In this document: positions 1-13,162 of the stretch, one piece after another | Layout: each line of letters begins with the position of its first letter | Numbering within the stretch: the first letter of the stretch is position 1 | NCBI GenBank assembly: GCA_030833315.1 | Contig: JAURHM010000002.1 | Location: forward strand, 1,323-65,322 | DNA: 64,000 bases | Direction of reading: 5' to 3' | Origin: Burkholderiales bacterium | GTDB lineage: Bacteria > Pseudomonadota > Gammaproteobacteria > Burkholderiales > SG8-41 | Made by a program: the position numbers and the translations under genes | The notes under the pieces: model-generated | The model's database searches: none | What the model was told of the DNA's origin: nothing | The model's input: only the letters and a program-made list of their open reading frames with translations

Positions 1-104
1 GTGCCATCCATGGTAAGAGCGTCATAGATGTGCGGCATTTGGTCGCGCGCAAACTCGACGTCAATCACCGCGCCGATACATTGAACGATTTTTCCCTGGC
101 TCAT
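1..104 (-). CDS. atpD: F0F1 ATP synthase subunit beta, N-terminal fragment (runs off window)
   Basis: Reverse translation from the ATG at 104-102 gives [34 protein letters not shown], a typical AtpD N-terminus. It lies directly downstream of atpG in operon order. Confidence 0.85.
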   Translation of the reverse strand, partial: MSQGKIVQCIGAVIDVEFARDQMPHIYDALTMDG

Positions 105-155
105 GGTCAATCCCTAAATCAAAATGTCGTCAAACAATCAGATCGTGCGTTAGCG

Positions 156-1019
156 TCAAACTGCTGCTGCGCCGCCGACAATCTCCGACAGCTCCTTGGT
201 AATGGAAGCTTGCCGCGTCTTGTTGTAAATCAGTGTCAATTCGTCGATCACGCTGCCGGCATTGTCCGAAGCCGCCTTCATCGCGACCATCCGTGCCGAT
301 TGCTCGGAGGCCATGTTCTCGGCCACCGACTGGTAAATCAGCGATTCAATGTAACGGGTCAACACCTGATCCAGCACACCCTGAGCGTCCGGCTCATAGA
401 TGTAGTCCCAGGTACCGGCGGGTACGCCGAGCGCGTCGCCGGCGAGCGGCAGCACCTGTTCAACCACCGCTTCCTGCTTCATCGTGTTGATGAACTTGGT
501 GTAGATGATCAGCAGGCGGTCGAAACGGTCGTTGGTATACCCGTCGAGCATCACTTTGACCGCACCGATCAGGTTGTCCATATGCGGCTTGTCGCCGAGG
601 CCGGTCACCTGCGAACTGATTTGCGCGCCAAGGCGCTGCATGAAACCCAGGCCCTTGTTGCCGATCGTGCAGACTTCGATTTCCTCGCCCTGGGCTTCCA
701 GTTCCTTGATCTTGTTCATCGCAAGACGTAGGGCATTGGTGTTGAGGCCGCCGCAGAGACCCTTGTCGGTGGTGACAACAATGATGCCGACACGCTTCAC
801 CGAATCACGCGACACCAGGAAGGGATGGCGGTACTCGGGGTTGGCGTGACTGATGTTGGCTGCGATGTTGCGGATCTTTTCGACGTACGGCCGCGTCGCG
901 CGCATGCGCTCCTGGGCGCGCCGCATTTTCGAGGCCGCGACCATTTCCATCGCCTTGGTGATCTTGCGCGTGTTTTGCACGCTCTTGATCTTGGTGCGGA
1001 TTTCCTTCGAGCCAGCCAT
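156..1019 (-). CDS. atpG: F0F1 ATP synthase subunit gamma
   Basis: 287 aa ORF starting [36 protein letters not shown], the canonical gamma N-terminus. Operon context supports it. Confidence 0.95.
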   Translation of the reverse strand: MAGSKEIRTKIKSVQNTRKITKAMEMVAASKMRRAQERMRATRPYVEKIRNIAANISHANPEYRHPFLVSRDSVKRVGIIVVTTDKGLCGGLNTNALRLAMNKIKELEAQGEEIEVCTIGNKGLGFMQRLGAQISSQVTGLGDKPHMDNLIGAVKVMLDGYTNDRFDRLLIIYTKFINTMKQEAVVEQVLPLAGDALGVPAGTWDYIYEPDAQGVLDQVLTRYIESLIYQSVAENMASEQSARMVAMKAASDNAGSVIDELTLIYNKTRQASITKELSEIVGGAAAV

Positions 1020-1066
1020 GTTTTAAGTGTCTGTTTTTAAACGGTTAATTAACTTTTTGGTCGCGC

Positions 1067-2608
<1,542 letters not shown>

Positions 2609-2625
2609 GTGTTGCTCCTAATACC

Positions 2626-3162
2626 TTAGTGGGTAAGCGCGGCGGCCATCGCATCCAGCTTGCCGCGCACCGTTGCATCAATGACTTTGTCGCCGACCAC
2701 GATTTTCAGGCCGCCGATGAGTTTCGGATCGAGTTCGACTTTGGCCGTGATCTTGCGGCCGTATTTCATTTCCAGCGTCGCTACCAGCGACTGCAGCTGG
2801 CCGTCTGCCAGCGGCAATGCCGAAACCACGGTCGCTTCCATCGCACCTTCATGGTCACGGCGTAGCGCTTCATACATGTCGCGGATCTGCACGATCAGGC
2901 CGAGGCGGCGGTTCTGTACCAGCACCTGCACGAAGTTTCGCGCCTCACCGGAAAGGTTTTTGCCGACAGCACCGATGATCACACCCTCCAGCTGGGCGGC
3001 CCCGACATTCGGAGCATCAATCAGTGCTGCAATCTGGGCATCGGCAACAACGGCGTTGATCAGTTCAAGCGCATCTGACCATGCGGACAGCGCATTCTGC
3101 TCGCGGGCGAGCTTGAACGCCGCTTCAGCGTAGGGTCGGGCAATGGTGACGGGTTCGGCCAT
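2626..3162 (-). CDS. atpH: F0F1 ATP synthase subunit delta
   Basis: ORF 2626..3195 trimmed to the internal ATG (MAEPVTIARPYAEAAFKLA...), which lies just after the atpF stop at 3170. Size and position are typical of delta/OSCP. Confidence 0.88.
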   Translation of the reverse strand: MAEPVTIARPYAEAAFKLAREQNALSAWSDALELINAVVADAQIAALIDAPNVGAAQLEGVIIGAVGKNLSGEARNFVQVLVQNRRLGLIVQIRDMYEALRRDHEGAMEATVVSALPLADGQLQSLVATLEMKYGRKITAKVELDPKLIGGLKIVVGDKVIDATVRGKLDAMAAALTH

Positions 3163-3169
3163 ATCGGAA

Positions 3170-3640
3170 TCAGAGCTGTTTCTGCACGGCGGCAATCAGG
3201 TCGGCATGAGCCTTGGCGTCGACTTCGCGTTTGAGAATCTGCTCGGCACCGGCTACGGCAAGCGCCGCAACCTGGGTCCGCAGCGTCTCGCGCGCTCGGG
3301 CGACTTCCTGTTCGATTTCAGCCTTGGCGCCGGCCACCAGACGGTCGCCTTCGACCTTGGCGGAAGCCTTGGCTTCTTCGATCATCTGGCTGGCGCGCTT
3401 TTCGGCCTGGGCCAGAATTTCAGTCACGCGTCCGCGGGCCTGGGCAATCGCCTCGTCGGCCTGCTTGGCCGAACGCTCCAGCGATTGCTTGCCGGCTTCG
3501 GCCGCAGCAAGGCCGTCGGCGATGCGCTTTGTACGCTCGTCCATCGCGTCGGTGATCATCGGCCACACGAAACGGACCGAGAACCAGATCAGCGCCGCAA
3601 ACGACAGCGCCTGGACAAACAGGGTGGCGTTGATGTTCAT
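3170..3640 (-). CDS. atpF: F0F1 ATP synthase subunit b
   Basis: 156 aa with an N-terminal TM helix followed by a long charged Ala/Glu/Lys-rich helix. Operon position fits. Confidence 0.9.
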   Translation of the reverse strand: MNINATLFVQALSFAALIWFSVRFVWPMITDAMDERTKRIADGLAAAEAGKQSLERSAKQADEAIAQARGRVTEILAQAEKRASQMIEEAKASAKVEGDRLVAGAKAEIEQEVARARETLRTQVAALAVAGAEQILKREVDAKAHADLIAAVQKQL

Positions 3641-3664
3641 GGCTGTGGTCGGTCAGAGGGCCGG

Positions 3665-4861
<1,197 letters not shown>

Positions 4862-5212
4862 TTACTTACTTTTTAACAGCGGCATTGCCAGCGGGTAAGC
4901 CAGCAACGCCACAATGAAACCTGCAAGAAACGGCCCGGCCGCAAACCCCCGGTCCGCACTCAGCCCCCAGAACAGCAGGCCCAGCGCAACAGCAATTTTT
5001 GCAACCTCGCCGGTCAGATGGCTCCACAGCACCCGCGATGCACTGCGTCCCGGAACCAGCTTCTGTCCGACCGCGTAAGCCAGCGTTCCGGCCCACGCAC
5101 ACCCGCCGCCCGCCGCAATGGATTGCGCCATTTCGGCGCCCGACATCCACCACGCGAGTACGGCTATTACCCCCAAAATCGCAGCCTGAACTGCAGCGAC
5201 TACCGCGATCAT
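4862..5212 (-). CDS. atpI: ATP synthase protein I (AtpI family)
   Basis: 116 aa hydrophobic protein immediately upstream of atpB. Chosen over the overlapping Arg-rich frame 4866..5228. Confidence 0.7.
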   Translation of the reverse strand: MIAVVAAVQAAILGVIAVLAWWMSGAEMAQSIAAGGGCAWAGTLAYAVGQKLVPGRSASRVLWSHLTGEVAKIAVALGLLFWGLSADRGFAAGPFLAGFIVALLAYPLAMPLLKSK

Positions 5213-5320
5213 CCTGCGCCCTCCGCAATTAAAAACGACCGGGGCAGACTCAGAAAATCCTTAAATTTTACAATTAACCGCGAAGTAGCGTCAAATAATG
5301 TTGCGGTGCGGCGCATGTGT

Positions 5321-6184
5321 TCATTTGAACCGCGACAGCAGCGCATCCAGCTGTTCCAGCGTCCGGTAAGCAATCACTACGCTGCCGCTGCCGGCGCGGG
5401 ATCCGGTCTTGATCTGCACCGTGGTGCCCAGCCGGTTCGATACCTCTTCCTCAAGGCGGGCAACGTCACGGTCCTTGCGCGCAGGGCGCTTGCCGGCAGG
5501 GGTGTTTTTCTTGAGCCCGGCACCGACGCACCGTTCCACTTCGCGCACCGACCAGCCTTTCGCAGCGGCTTCACGAGCCAGTGCAATCTGCTGATCGGCA
5601 GGCAGGACCAGCAGGGCACGGGCATGGCCCATTTCGAGTTGGCCCTGCGCCAGCAACTCACGCACAGGCGGTGGCAGATCGAGCAGACGCAGCAGGTTGG
5701 TTACTGTCGTACGTGACTTGCCGACGGCGTCAGCTACGGCCTGATGCGTCAAGGAAAACTCACGGATCAGGCGATCAATGCCGGCGGCTTCTTCGAGCGC
5801 GTTGAGGTCTTCGCGCTGGATGTTCTCGATCAGCGCCACCGCCAGCGCCTGCTGGTCGGGCACGTTGCGCACCAGCACCGGCACGCTGCTCAAGCCGGCA
5901 ATACGTGCCGCGCGCCAACGCCGTTCGCCGGCAATGATTTCGTGTTTGCCGTCGCCGACCGGCCGCACCAGGATCGGCTGCATGATGCCCTGGGCCTTGA
6001 TCGATGCCGCCAGTGCATTCAACGCTTCCTGGTCCATGCGCGTGCGCGGCTGGTACTTGCCGGGCTGCAGCGCGCTGACCGGCAGCGTATTGATCGCGTC
6101 GCCGCCTGCTGCGGCGGCAGGCGCATCGTTATCACCACCAAGCAGGGCGTCGAGGCCGCGCCCCAAACCTTTGATCTTGACCAT
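5321..6184 (-). CDS. parB: Chromosome partitioning protein ParB (parS-binding)
   Basis: 287 aa containing GLGRGLDALL, QPRT and the arginine patch IIAGERRWRAA, plus an HTH (LTHQAVADAVGKSRTTVTN). Confidence 0.93.
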   Translation of the reverse strand: MVKIKGLGRGLDALLGGDNDAPAAAAGGDAINTLPVSALQPGKYQPRTRMDQEALNALAASIKAQGIMQPILVRPVGDGKHEIIAGERRWRAARIAGLSSVPVLVRNVPDQQALAVALIENIQREDLNALEEAAGIDRLIREFSLTHQAVADAVGKSRTTVTNLLRLLDLPPPVRELLAQGQLEMGHARALLVLPADQQIALAREAAAKGWSVREVERCVGAGLKKNTPAGKRPARKDRDVARLEEEVSNRLGTTVQIKTGSRAGSGSVVIAYRTLEQLDALLSRFK

Positions 6185-6207
6185 ATAAAACCTTTATTAA
6201 CAGATAC

Positions 6208-6990
6208 TTACGTCGTTTTTTCGGTGCGCGCTTCGCTACGGTTCAACATTTCACCCGCCAAAGCCAGATAGGCCTGCGCCCCTTTGGAAGCCCGGTCAAA
6301 CTCCAGCGCCGGCAGGCCGTGGCTGGGCGCTTCGGCCAAACGCACATTGCGCGGAATCACCGTGCGGTAAACCTTGTCACCGAAGTGCTGTAGCAGCTGT
6401 GCCGACACCTGTTGCGCCAGCGTATTGCGCGGGTCGTACATCGTTCGCAGCAGACCTTCGATTTCGAGATCCGGATTGAGATGGGCGCGCACGCGTTTGA
6501 TGGTGCCGACCAGATCCGACAAACCTTCGAGCGCGTAGTACTCGCATTGCATCGGGATCATTACCGCCTGCGCCGCAGTCAGTCCGTTGACCGTCAGCAG
6601 ATTCAGCGCCGGCGGGCAATCGATCAGAATGAAATCATATTCGGATGCGACCGACAGCAGCGCATCCTTGAGCCGGGTTTCGCGGTGTTCGATATCGACG
6701 AGTTCCACTTCAGCGCCGGCGAGTTCGCGGTTTGAGGGCAACACGTCATAACCGGCATTCGCCGCGCGCTGACGCACTTCGGCAACCTGTTTTTCGCCGA
6801 GCAACACGTGATACACCGTCGCCGCGAGGCTGCGTTTGTCGACGCCGCTGCCCATCGTGGCATTGCCCTGCGGATCCAGATCGACCAGCAACACGCGGCG
6901 CTGCATGGCAGCGAGACTCGCCGCGAGATTGACGCCCGTCGTGGTTTTGCCGACGCCGCCTTTCTGGTTGGTGATGGCGATGATGCGCAT
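6208..6990 (-). CDS. parA: Chromosome partitioning ATPase ParA/Soj
   Basis: Starts at [17 protein letters not shown] (deviant Walker A). The ATG at 6990-6988 overlaps the rsmG stop by 1 nt. The longer 380 aa ORF extension is Arg-rich and non-homologous. Confidence 0.93.
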   Translation of the reverse strand: MRIIAITNQKGGVGKTTTGVNLAASLAAMQRRVLLVDLDPQGNATMGSGVDKRSLAATVYHVLLGEKQVAEVRQRAANAGYDVLPSNRELAGAEVELVDIEHRETRLKDALLSVASEYDFILIDCPPALNLLTVNGLTAAQAVMIPMQCEYYALEGLSDLVGTIKRVRAHLNPDLEIEGLLRTMYDPRNTLAQQVSAQLLQHFGDKVYRTVIPRNVRLAEAPSHGLPALEFDRASKGAQAYLALAGEMLNRSEARTEKTT

Positions 6991-7622
6991 CAGGCCGCCG
7001 CCGCGAGTTGAAGCAGGGCGGCGTGACGCTCCGCGCCGAGACCCGGCACGTTCAGCGTCACCACGCTGCGCAAATTGAATTCGCTCGGCAGATGCGCCAG
7101 TTCGTCCCGGGGATAAATCCCCTTCATCGCAATCATCACGCCGTCTTTTACACAATGTTTTCCGGCCAGCGCGAGAAATTCGGAAATTTCCGAAAACGCG
7201 CGTGATACCACCGTATTGAAGGGCTGCGGCGCAGACCAGGCTTCGACGCGCGCACAGGCTACCTCGACGTTGCCGAGTTGGAGTTCGATCATGGCCTGGC
7301 GCAGGAATGTGGTTTTTTTCTGATTGGAATCGAGCAGGGTGATCTGCCAATCAGGCCGCGCCAGCGCCAGCGGAATACCGGGCAGCCCGGCACCGGTGCC
7401 GACATCCAGCACGCGCGGGCCATGCACATGCGGCAACACGGCCAGCGAATCGAGCAGGTGATGCGTCAGCATTTTTTTCGGCTCACGCACTGCTGTCAGG
7501 TTGTAGGCCTTGTTCCATTTGCCGATCAGCGCGAGGTAGTCGAGTAGACGCTGTTGCGCATCCGCCGGCACGGAAATGCCCAATGCGGCAATGCCCGCAG
7601 CCAGATCCGCGGCGAGACTCAT
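6990..7622 (-). CDS. rsmG: 16S rRNA (guanine527-N7)-methyltransferase
   Basis: 210 aa with the SAM motif [16 protein letters not shown]. It sits between mnmG and parA, the classic gidA-gidB-parAB order. Confidence 0.9.
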   Translation of the reverse strand: MSLAADLAAGIAALGISVPADAQQRLLDYLALIGKWNKAYNLTAVREPKKMLTHHLLDSLAVLPHVHGPRVLDVGTGAGLPGIPLALARPDWQITLLDSNQKKTTFLRQAMIELQLGNVEVACARVEAWSAPQPFNTVVSRAFSEISEFLALAGKHCVKDGVMIAMKGIYPRDELAHLPSEFNLRSVVTLNVPGLGAERHAALLQLAAAA

Positions 7623-9514
7623 GCGCTTTTCTTTAGTGCCGCGGCGCTGCGTTTCAGATGCACCAGCAATACTGAAACCGCGGCCGGCGTCACCCCGGAC
7701 ACGCGCGAAGCCTGACCAACGGTTTCCGGTTTGGCGCGATTGAGTTTTTGCTGGACTTCGATCGACAGGCCGCGCACCTGTGCGTAATCCAGATCCGCCG
7801 GCAGCCGCAGATCTTCCTGTCGCGCGCGATGCTCGATTTCGGTTTTCTGGCGATCGATATAGCCCTGATACTTGGCCTGGATTTCCACCTGCTCGGCGAC
7901 CTGCGGATCGGTGGTCCCGGGGCCCGCACCGGGTAAAGCCATCAGGCTGATGTAGCTGACCTCGGGGCGCCGGAGCAAATCCGACAGTGAATACTCACGT
8001 TCTAATGATTTACCAATTAAATCAATAGCTTGCTGTTCTGGCAAAATCTGTGGATTGACCCAGATCGTCTTCAGTCGCTCCTGCTCCAGCGCGACTTCCT
8101 CGCGCTTGCGGGCGAAGGTTTCCCAGCGCTGATCGTCAACCACACCGAGGCGCCGGCCGATCTCGGTCAGGCGCAAATCAGCGTTGTCTTCTCGCAAGGA
8201 CAAGCGGTATTCAGCGCGGCTGGTGAACATGCGGTAGGGCTCGGAAACGCCGCGGGTAATCAGGTCATCGACCAGCACGCCGAGATACGCCTGATCGCGG
8301 GTCGGGTGCCAGGAATCCTGTTCCGATGCCAGCAGACCAGCATTGATGCCGGCCAGCAAACCCTGCGCAGCCGCTTCTTCGTAACCGGTGGTGCCGTTGA
8401 TCTGACCGGCAAAAAACAGCCCGGCGATCGCCTTGGTTTCCAGCGAAGCCTTCAGCCCGCGTGGATCGAAGTAGTCATATTCAATCGCATAGCCGGGCCG
8501 GGTGATATGCGCTTGTTCAAGACCCGGGATTGAGCGCACCACCGCCAGTTGCACGTCGAAAGGCAGACTGGTGGAAATGCCATTGGGGTAATACTCGTGA
8601 ACCGTCAGGCCTTCAGGCTCGAGGAAAATCTGGTGCGAAGACTTGTCGGCAAAACGATGGATCTTGTCTTCGATCGACGGACAGTAACGCGGTCCGACAC
8701 CCTCGATCACACCGGTGAACATCGGCGAGCGGTCCAGCCCGCCGCGGATCGCGTCATGCGTGCGCTCATTGGTATGAGTGATCCAGCACGGCACCTGCCG
8801 CGGATGTTGCTCACGCCGGCCGAGAAAGGAAAACACCGGCGCCGGGTCGTCTCCGGGCTGCTCGGTCAGTCGCGAAAAATCGATGGTGCGGCCGTCGATG
8901 CGCGGCGGCGTACCGGTCTTCAGCCGCCCGACCGGCAGCTTCAGTTCGCGCAGGCGTGCTGCCAGACTGACGGACGGCGGATCGCCGGCGCGGCCGCCCT
9001 GATAGTTCTGCAGGCCGACGTGGATCAGGCCGGACAGGAAAGTGCCGGCAGTCAGCACCACGGCACGGGCCTCGAAACGCAGGCCGATCTGGGTGACCAC
9101 GCCGGTGACCCGGTCGCCCTGCACGATCAGATCGTCGACAGCTTGCTGAAACACGCTCAGATTGGGCTGGTTCTCGATGCGGCTGCGGATGGCCTGGCGA
9201 TAGAGCACGCGGTCGGCCTGGGCGCGCGTGGCGCGCACTGCGGGGCCCTTGCGGGAGTTAAGGATCCTGAACTGGATGCCAGCCTCGTCCGTGGCGGCCG
9301 CCATCGCGCCGCCCATGGCGTCGACTTCCTTGACCAGATGACCTTTGCCGATGCCGCCGATCGAGGGATTGCAGGACATCTGACCCAGGGTTTCGACGCT
9401 ATGGGTCAGCAACAGCGTACGACGTCCCATGCGTGCGCTGGCCAGCGCCGCCTCGGTACCGGCGTGACCGCCGCCGATTACGATTACGTCAAATTTTTCA
9501 GGATATTGCGTCAT
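7619..9514 (-). CDS. mnmG: tRNA uridine 5-carboxymethylaminomethyl modification enzyme MnmG (GidA)
   Basis: 631 aa with the FAD fold [14 protein letters not shown] and conserved SCNPSIGG and [11 protein letters not shown] blocks. Confidence 0.97.
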   Translation of the reverse strand: MTQYPEKFDVIVIGGGHAGTEAALASARMGRRTLLLTHSVETLGQMSCNPSIGGIGKGHLVKEVDAMGGAMAAATDEAGIQFRILNSRKGPAVRATRAQADRVLYRQAIRSRIENQPNLSVFQQAVDDLIVQGDRVTGVVTQIGLRFEARAVVLTAGTFLSGLIHVGLQNYQGGRAGDPPSVSLAARLRELKLPVGRLKTGTPPRIDGRTIDFSRLTEQPGDDPAPVFSFLGRREQHPRQVPCWITHTNERTHDAIRGGLDRSPMFTGVIEGVGPRYCPSIEDKIHRFADKSSHQIFLEPEGLTVHEYYPNGISTSLPFDVQLAVVRSIPGLEQAHITRPGYAIEYDYFDPRGLKASLETKAIAGLFFAGQINGTTGYEEAAAQGLLAGINAGLLASEQDSWHPTRDQAYLGVLVDDLITRGVSEPYRMFTSRAEYRLSLREDNADLRLTEIGRRLGVVDDQRWETFARKREEVALEQERLKTIWVNPQILPEQQAIDLIGKSLEREYSLSDLLRRPEVSYISLMALPGAGPGTTDPQVAEQVEIQAKYQGYIDRQKTEIEHRARQEDLRLPADLDYAQVRGLSIEVQQKLNRAKPETVGQASRVSGVTPAAVSVLLVHLKRSAAALKKSA

Positions 9515-9618
9515 TGGGTGCGCTGCGATCTGGGACTGCCGCCTGCCCCCGGGGCCGGGCGCGAATGATAGCCCAGTTTGGCCGTGCAGCGAAAGCGCGA
9601 GGATCGGTCAAAAACCCA

Positions 9619-9634
9619 TGTTCCACGTGAAACA
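9619..9634. other. parS centromere-like site, exact match to consensus TGTTCCACGTGAAACA
   Basis: The 16-mer tgttccacgtgaaaca is read directly from the sequence. It is embedded in a longer inverted repeat, aaacccatgtt...aacatgggttt. Confidence 0.8.
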
Positions 9635-9665
9635 TGGGTTTAGGCGGGATTCTGACCAAACCGGA

Positions 9666-9681
9666 TGTTCCACGTGGAACA
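9666..9681. other. parS centromere-like site (TGTTCCACGTGGAACA, perfect 16-bp palindrome)
   Basis: Second 16-mer, 47 bp from the first. It differs from the TGTTNCACGTGAAACA consensus at one position, and that change makes it fully palindromic. Confidence 0.75.
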
Positions 9682-9694
9682 CCCCTAGGCCCTG

Positions 9695-11035
9695 CTACTT
9701 GCCGATACAGAACTTGGAGAAAATTTCGCCGAGCAGATCATCAGGAGTAAATTCACCGGTGATGGCACACAGTGCTTCGTGAGCCAGCCGCAATTCCTCG
9801 GCGTACAACTCCAGATGGCGGGTCTGAGCCGCCGCTTGCGCAAGATGGGCCTGGGCGGATTGCAAGGCGGCCATATGGCGCGCGCGCGCGGTGAACAGCC
9901 CTTCTCCCGAGGGATGCCAGCCGGCTCGGTCCCAAATCGCCTGCTTCAGCTGATCCAAACCAGCGCCGGTTTTTGCGGAGACCCAGACCTGGTCCTCATT
10001 ACCGCAGGTTTCGCGGCCGGCTGGTCGTGCGGACAGATCAATCTTGTTGAGCACGCGGATACGCGCCAGCCCCGCCGGCAGACGGTCAATGATCGCCTGA
10101 TGGCCGGAGTCATTGGCTCCGGCAGTATCCGAGACCACCAAGGCCAGATCAGCTTTTTCAATCTGCGTCCAGGTGCGGCTGATACCAATTCGCTCAACGG
10201 CATCATCGGTCTCACGCAGGCCGGCGGTATCGATGATGTGCACCGGCAGGCCATCGATGTCGATCTGCTCGCGCACGGCGTCCCGCGTGGTACCGGGCAC
10301 ATCGGTGACGATGGCGACGTCCTCGCCGGCCAGCCGGTTCAGCAGGCTGGATTTGCCGACGTTGGGCTCGCCGATCAGTACGGCCTGAATCCCTTCGCGC
10401 AGCAGGCTGCCCTGCCGCGTTGAAGCAATGACCCGTTCCAGTTGCTCACGGATTGCGGTGAGCTGGTCCGCGGCGCGTCCGGCGGTCAGGAATTCGACTT
10501 CCTCCTCGGGAAAATCCAGCGTGGCTTCGAGCAAGGTGCGCAAAGCGACGATTTTTGACGCAAGTTCTTGTATTAATTCAGAAAAATTACCCTGCAGGGA
10601 GCGTAAGGCGGCACGCGCGGCCAAGGCCGTCGAGGCCTCAATCAGATCGGCGACCCCCTCGGCCTGCGCCAGGTCCATGCGGCCGTTGAGATAAGCGCGT
10701 TCAGTAAATTCGCCCGGGCGTGCCAGACGTGCGCCCAATTCAACGCATCGTTGCAGCAGCTGGCGCATGACCACAGGACCGCCGTGTCCCTGCAACTCGA
10801 TGACATCTTCACCGGTATACGAATGAGGCGCAGGAAAAAACAGCGCAATACCTTCGTCGATGGATTCGCCGGCGCTATCACGAAACGCCGTGAGTACGGC
10901 ACGACGCGCTTGCAGCGGTTTTGAAACCAGGTCAGAAACGAAGCGCAGGAGATCGCGTCCGGAGATGCGCACGACACCGATACCACCGCGCCCGGGGGCA
11001 GTGGCGATTGCAGCGATGATGTCGCGCTGAGTCAT
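9695..11035 (-). CDS. mnmE: tRNA modification GTPase MnmE (TrmE)
   Basis: Trimmed to MTQRDIIAAIATAPGRGGIGVVRISG, the canonical MnmE N-terminus. It has a G-domain GEPNVGKSSLLN and DTAG, and the C-terminal CIGK motif. The start lies after the yidC stop at 11061. Confidence 0.95.
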   Translation of the reverse strand: MTQRDIIAAIATAPGRGGIGVVRISGRDLLRFVSDLVSKPLQARRAVLTAFRDSAGESIDEGIALFFPAPHSYTGEDVIELQGHGGPVVMRQLLQRCVELGARLARPGEFTERAYLNGRMDLAQAEGVADLIEASTALAARAALRSLQGNFSELIQELASKIVALRTLLEATLDFPEEEVEFLTAGRAADQLTAIREQLERVIASTRQGSLLREGIQAVLIGEPNVGKSSLLNRLAGEDVAIVTDVPGTTRDAVREQIDIDGLPVHIIDTAGLRETDDAVERIGISRTWTQIEKADLALVVSDTAGANDSGHQAIIDRLPAGLARIRVLNKIDLSARPAGRETCGNEDQVWVSAKTGAGLDQLKQAIWDRAGWHPSGEGLFTARARHMAALQSAQAHLAQAAAQTRHLELYAEELRLAHEALCAITGEFTPDDLLGEIFSKFCIGK

Positions 11036-11060
11036 GCGCGGCGAGTATAACGCCGCGGAA

Positions 11061-12764
11061 TTACGACTTGTGCGCCGCGGCTTTGCCGCCATCGATCAAG
11101 CGGTTGATATGCCACTGCTGCGCGATCGAGAGCACGTTGTTCACCAGCCAGTACAGCACCAGGCCTGCAGGGAAAACAAAGAAGAAGATGCTGAATGCCA
11201 CCGGCATGATCTTCATCACTTTCGCCTGCACGGGATCCGGCGGTTCCGGATTGAGCCGCGTCTGGATGATCATCGTTGCGCCCATCATGATCGGCAGCAG
11301 CCCGATGGGATAACCGAAGAACGAGAAATTGAACAGTTCGTTGAAGAAGCGGTCCGGTGCCGACAGATCCGTCACCCACAACGCGAACGGTGCCTGACGC
11401 ATTTCCACGCTGCCCAGCAAGACCCAATACAGGGCAATGAACACGGGGATCTGCACCACGATCGGCAGACAGCCGCCCAGCGGATTGATCTTCTCAGTCT
11501 TATAGAGCTCCATCATCGCCTGCTGCATGCGCTGGCGGTCCTCGCCATACTGTTCCTTCAGCCGCTGCATTTTCGGCGCGACGACACGCATCTTCGCCAT
11601 CGAGCGATAGCTGGCTTCCGACAAGGGATAGAACAGCAATTTGATCAGGACGGTGAGCAGGATGATCGCAACACCCCAGTTATCGACCATTCCGTGGATC
11701 CACTGCAGAACCCAGAACAGGGGAACGGCAATCACCGTCAGCCAGCCGTAGTCCACCGCGAGATCCAGTCCCGGTGCCAAGGCTGCGAGCTTGTGTTGTT
11801 CCTGCGGCCCGGCATACAGCGGCACGGAAATCGACGCGCTGGCGCCGGGAGCAATGCTGCCGACCGGCAGAATCACGCCGGCGGCATAAAGTCCCTGCTG
11901 CAGCTGGCGCGTGTAGAACTCGCGCGACGTGTTGCCCTTGGGCAGCCAGGCGCCGAGGAAATAATGTTGCAGCATGCCGATCCAGCCGTCATTGCTGTTT
12001 TTCGGATACGGCGCTTTACCCTTGTCGATGTCGCCGAAAGCAACCTTCTGGAATTTTTCCTTGTCGGTGTAAACCGCCGGACCGGTATAGGTCGGCACCA
12101 TCGAGGAATCGCCCTCCGGTAGTTTGGAATCTCGCACCAGCTGGAAATAACCGGAGGCTTCCAGCGGCGCTGTTCCGGTATTGGTCAGCTCATGGGCAAT
12201 GTCGATGACATAGCTGTTGCGCTGGAAACGATAGGTTTTGGCCGACTTGACGCCGGTCGCTTCGAGCCGGATCTCCAGCAGGTCTGCACCGTCAGCCAGC
12301 TTGTATTCCTCGGCCTTGGCCACATAAGCGGTCTGGTGGTTGGGCAGACCGGCGCCGATCAGTCCGGATTGCGCGACATACATATGGTCGGTATCACGGT
12401 TGAACAGCACAAAATTCTTTTTGGGATCTAGCGTACCGCCGTGTTTCTTGAAACGCAGGCTGACCAGATCACCGCCGGTTGCACTGATCTCGGCGAAATA
12501 CAGATCGGTTTCCACTTTGATGGTTTTGCCGTCGCGGGTAAGCACGGCGGCGGGCGCGACCGGGGCGGTAACGGCAAGCGGTGCAGGTGCGGCCGCAGGC
12601 ACCGGCACTGCGGCCGGCGTGCTGCCGCTTTGGGTTGGCACCGCGCCAGGGGCCGGGGCGACCGCCGCAGTTTTAGTAGCCAACTGATCCCGCTGCCAGC
12701 CTTCATACAGCAGGAATACTGACATCGTGAACACAAAGAAGAGAATCAGCCGTCGTGAATCCAT
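11061..12764 (-). CDS. yidC: Membrane protein insertase YidC
   Basis: 567 aa with an N-terminal TM, an Ala/Pro-rich linker, a large periplasmic domain and the conserved C-terminal 60 kDa insertase core (PLGGCLPIVVQIPVFIALY). Confidence 0.95.
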   Translation of the reverse strand: MDSRRLILFFVFTMSVFLLYEGWQRDQLATKTAAVAPAPGAVPTQSGSTPAAVPVPAAAPAPLAVTAPVAPAAVLTRDGKTIKVETDLYFAEISATGGDLVSLRFKKHGGTLDPKKNFVLFNRDTDHMYVAQSGLIGAGLPNHQTAYVAKAEEYKLADGADLLEIRLEATGVKSAKTYRFQRNSYVIDIAHELTNTGTAPLEASGYFQLVRDSKLPEGDSSMVPTYTGPAVYTDKEKFQKVAFGDIDKGKAPYPKNSNDGWIGMLQHYFLGAWLPKGNTSREFYTRQLQQGLYAAGVILPVGSIAPGASASISVPLYAGPQEQHKLAALAPGLDLAVDYGWLTVIAVPLFWVLQWIHGMVDNWGVAIILLTVLIKLLFYPLSEASYRSMAKMRVVAPKMQRLKEQYGEDRQRMQQAMMELYKTEKINPLGGCLPIVVQIPVFIALYWVLLGSVEMRQAPFALWVTDLSAPDRFFNELFNFSFFGYPIGLLPIMMGATMIIQTRLNPEPPDPVQAKVMKIMPVAFSIFFFVFPAGLVLYWLVNNVLSIAQQWHINRLIDGGKAAAHKS

Positions 12765-12802
12765 AAGCCTCTTTGCGAAGAGCTGCAGCGCCTGGGGGCC
12801 GG

Positions 12803-13162
12803 TTATGACACCAGTCCGCGCAACAGATCCTCCAACTCCTTCAACAATGCTGCGTTATCACGGTTGCGAGGACTTCCCCTGAGCTGAACGACGACATCCA
12901 GATCGCCGAGTTCGGCGGCCAGTTGCCGGTGTACGGTTCTGGCCAACCGTTTGACCCGGTTGCGGTCGACGGATCTCGGTGCCGCTTTTTTGCCGACGAT
13001 CAGGCCAAGACGCGGGCCATTTTCGATGTTGGGCAGAGCCCTGACCACAAAAGTACGGCTGCCATTCATGCGTCCGCCGGCGAGTACAGCCTCAAACTGC
13101 GCCGGTTTCGTCAGACGACCCGGGCGCGTGCGGGGGATATTGCCATCCCCCGGACTGGTCAA
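12803..13162 (-). CDS. rnpA: Ribonuclease P protein component
   Basis: The C-terminal ~105 aa of ORF 12803..13330 carry RnpA blocks ([36 protein letters not shown]). The proposed TTG start at 13162 overlaps the rpmH stop (TTGA) and gives 119 aa. The start is uncertain. Confidence 0.78.
   Translation of the reverse strand: MTSPGDGNIPRTRPGRLTKPAQFEAVLAGGRMNGSRTFVVRALPNIENGPRLGLIVGKKAAPRSVDRNRVKRLARTVHRQLAAELGDLDVVVQLRGSPRNRDNAALLKELEDLLRGLVS

Noticed and set aside
4866-5228. 120 aa alternative frame overlapping atpI
   Set aside because: It is an Arg/Gly/Cys-rich non-membrane-like sequence. The 116 aa frame at 4862..5212 is hydrophobic and fits AtpI.
6801-6815. Additional CACGTG cores, in parA here and also near 27595, 40377, 45105 and 53350, as possible extra parS sites
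   Set aside because: The flanks do not match the TGTTN/AAACA arms, with at most one arm partly matching. All lie inside CDSs, so they are most likely chance occurrences.
6991-7350. 120-residue N-terminal extension of the parA ORF (380 aa version)
   Set aside because: The extension lies entirely inside rsmG in another frame, is Arg-rich and has no homology. The canonical ParA N-terminus [17 protein letters not shown] starts at 6990 with a stop/start overlap. Similar artefactual 5' extensions were trimmed for atpH, mnmE, tkt, the kinase, two Bug genes, EamA, dapE, leuD and the flavoprotein.
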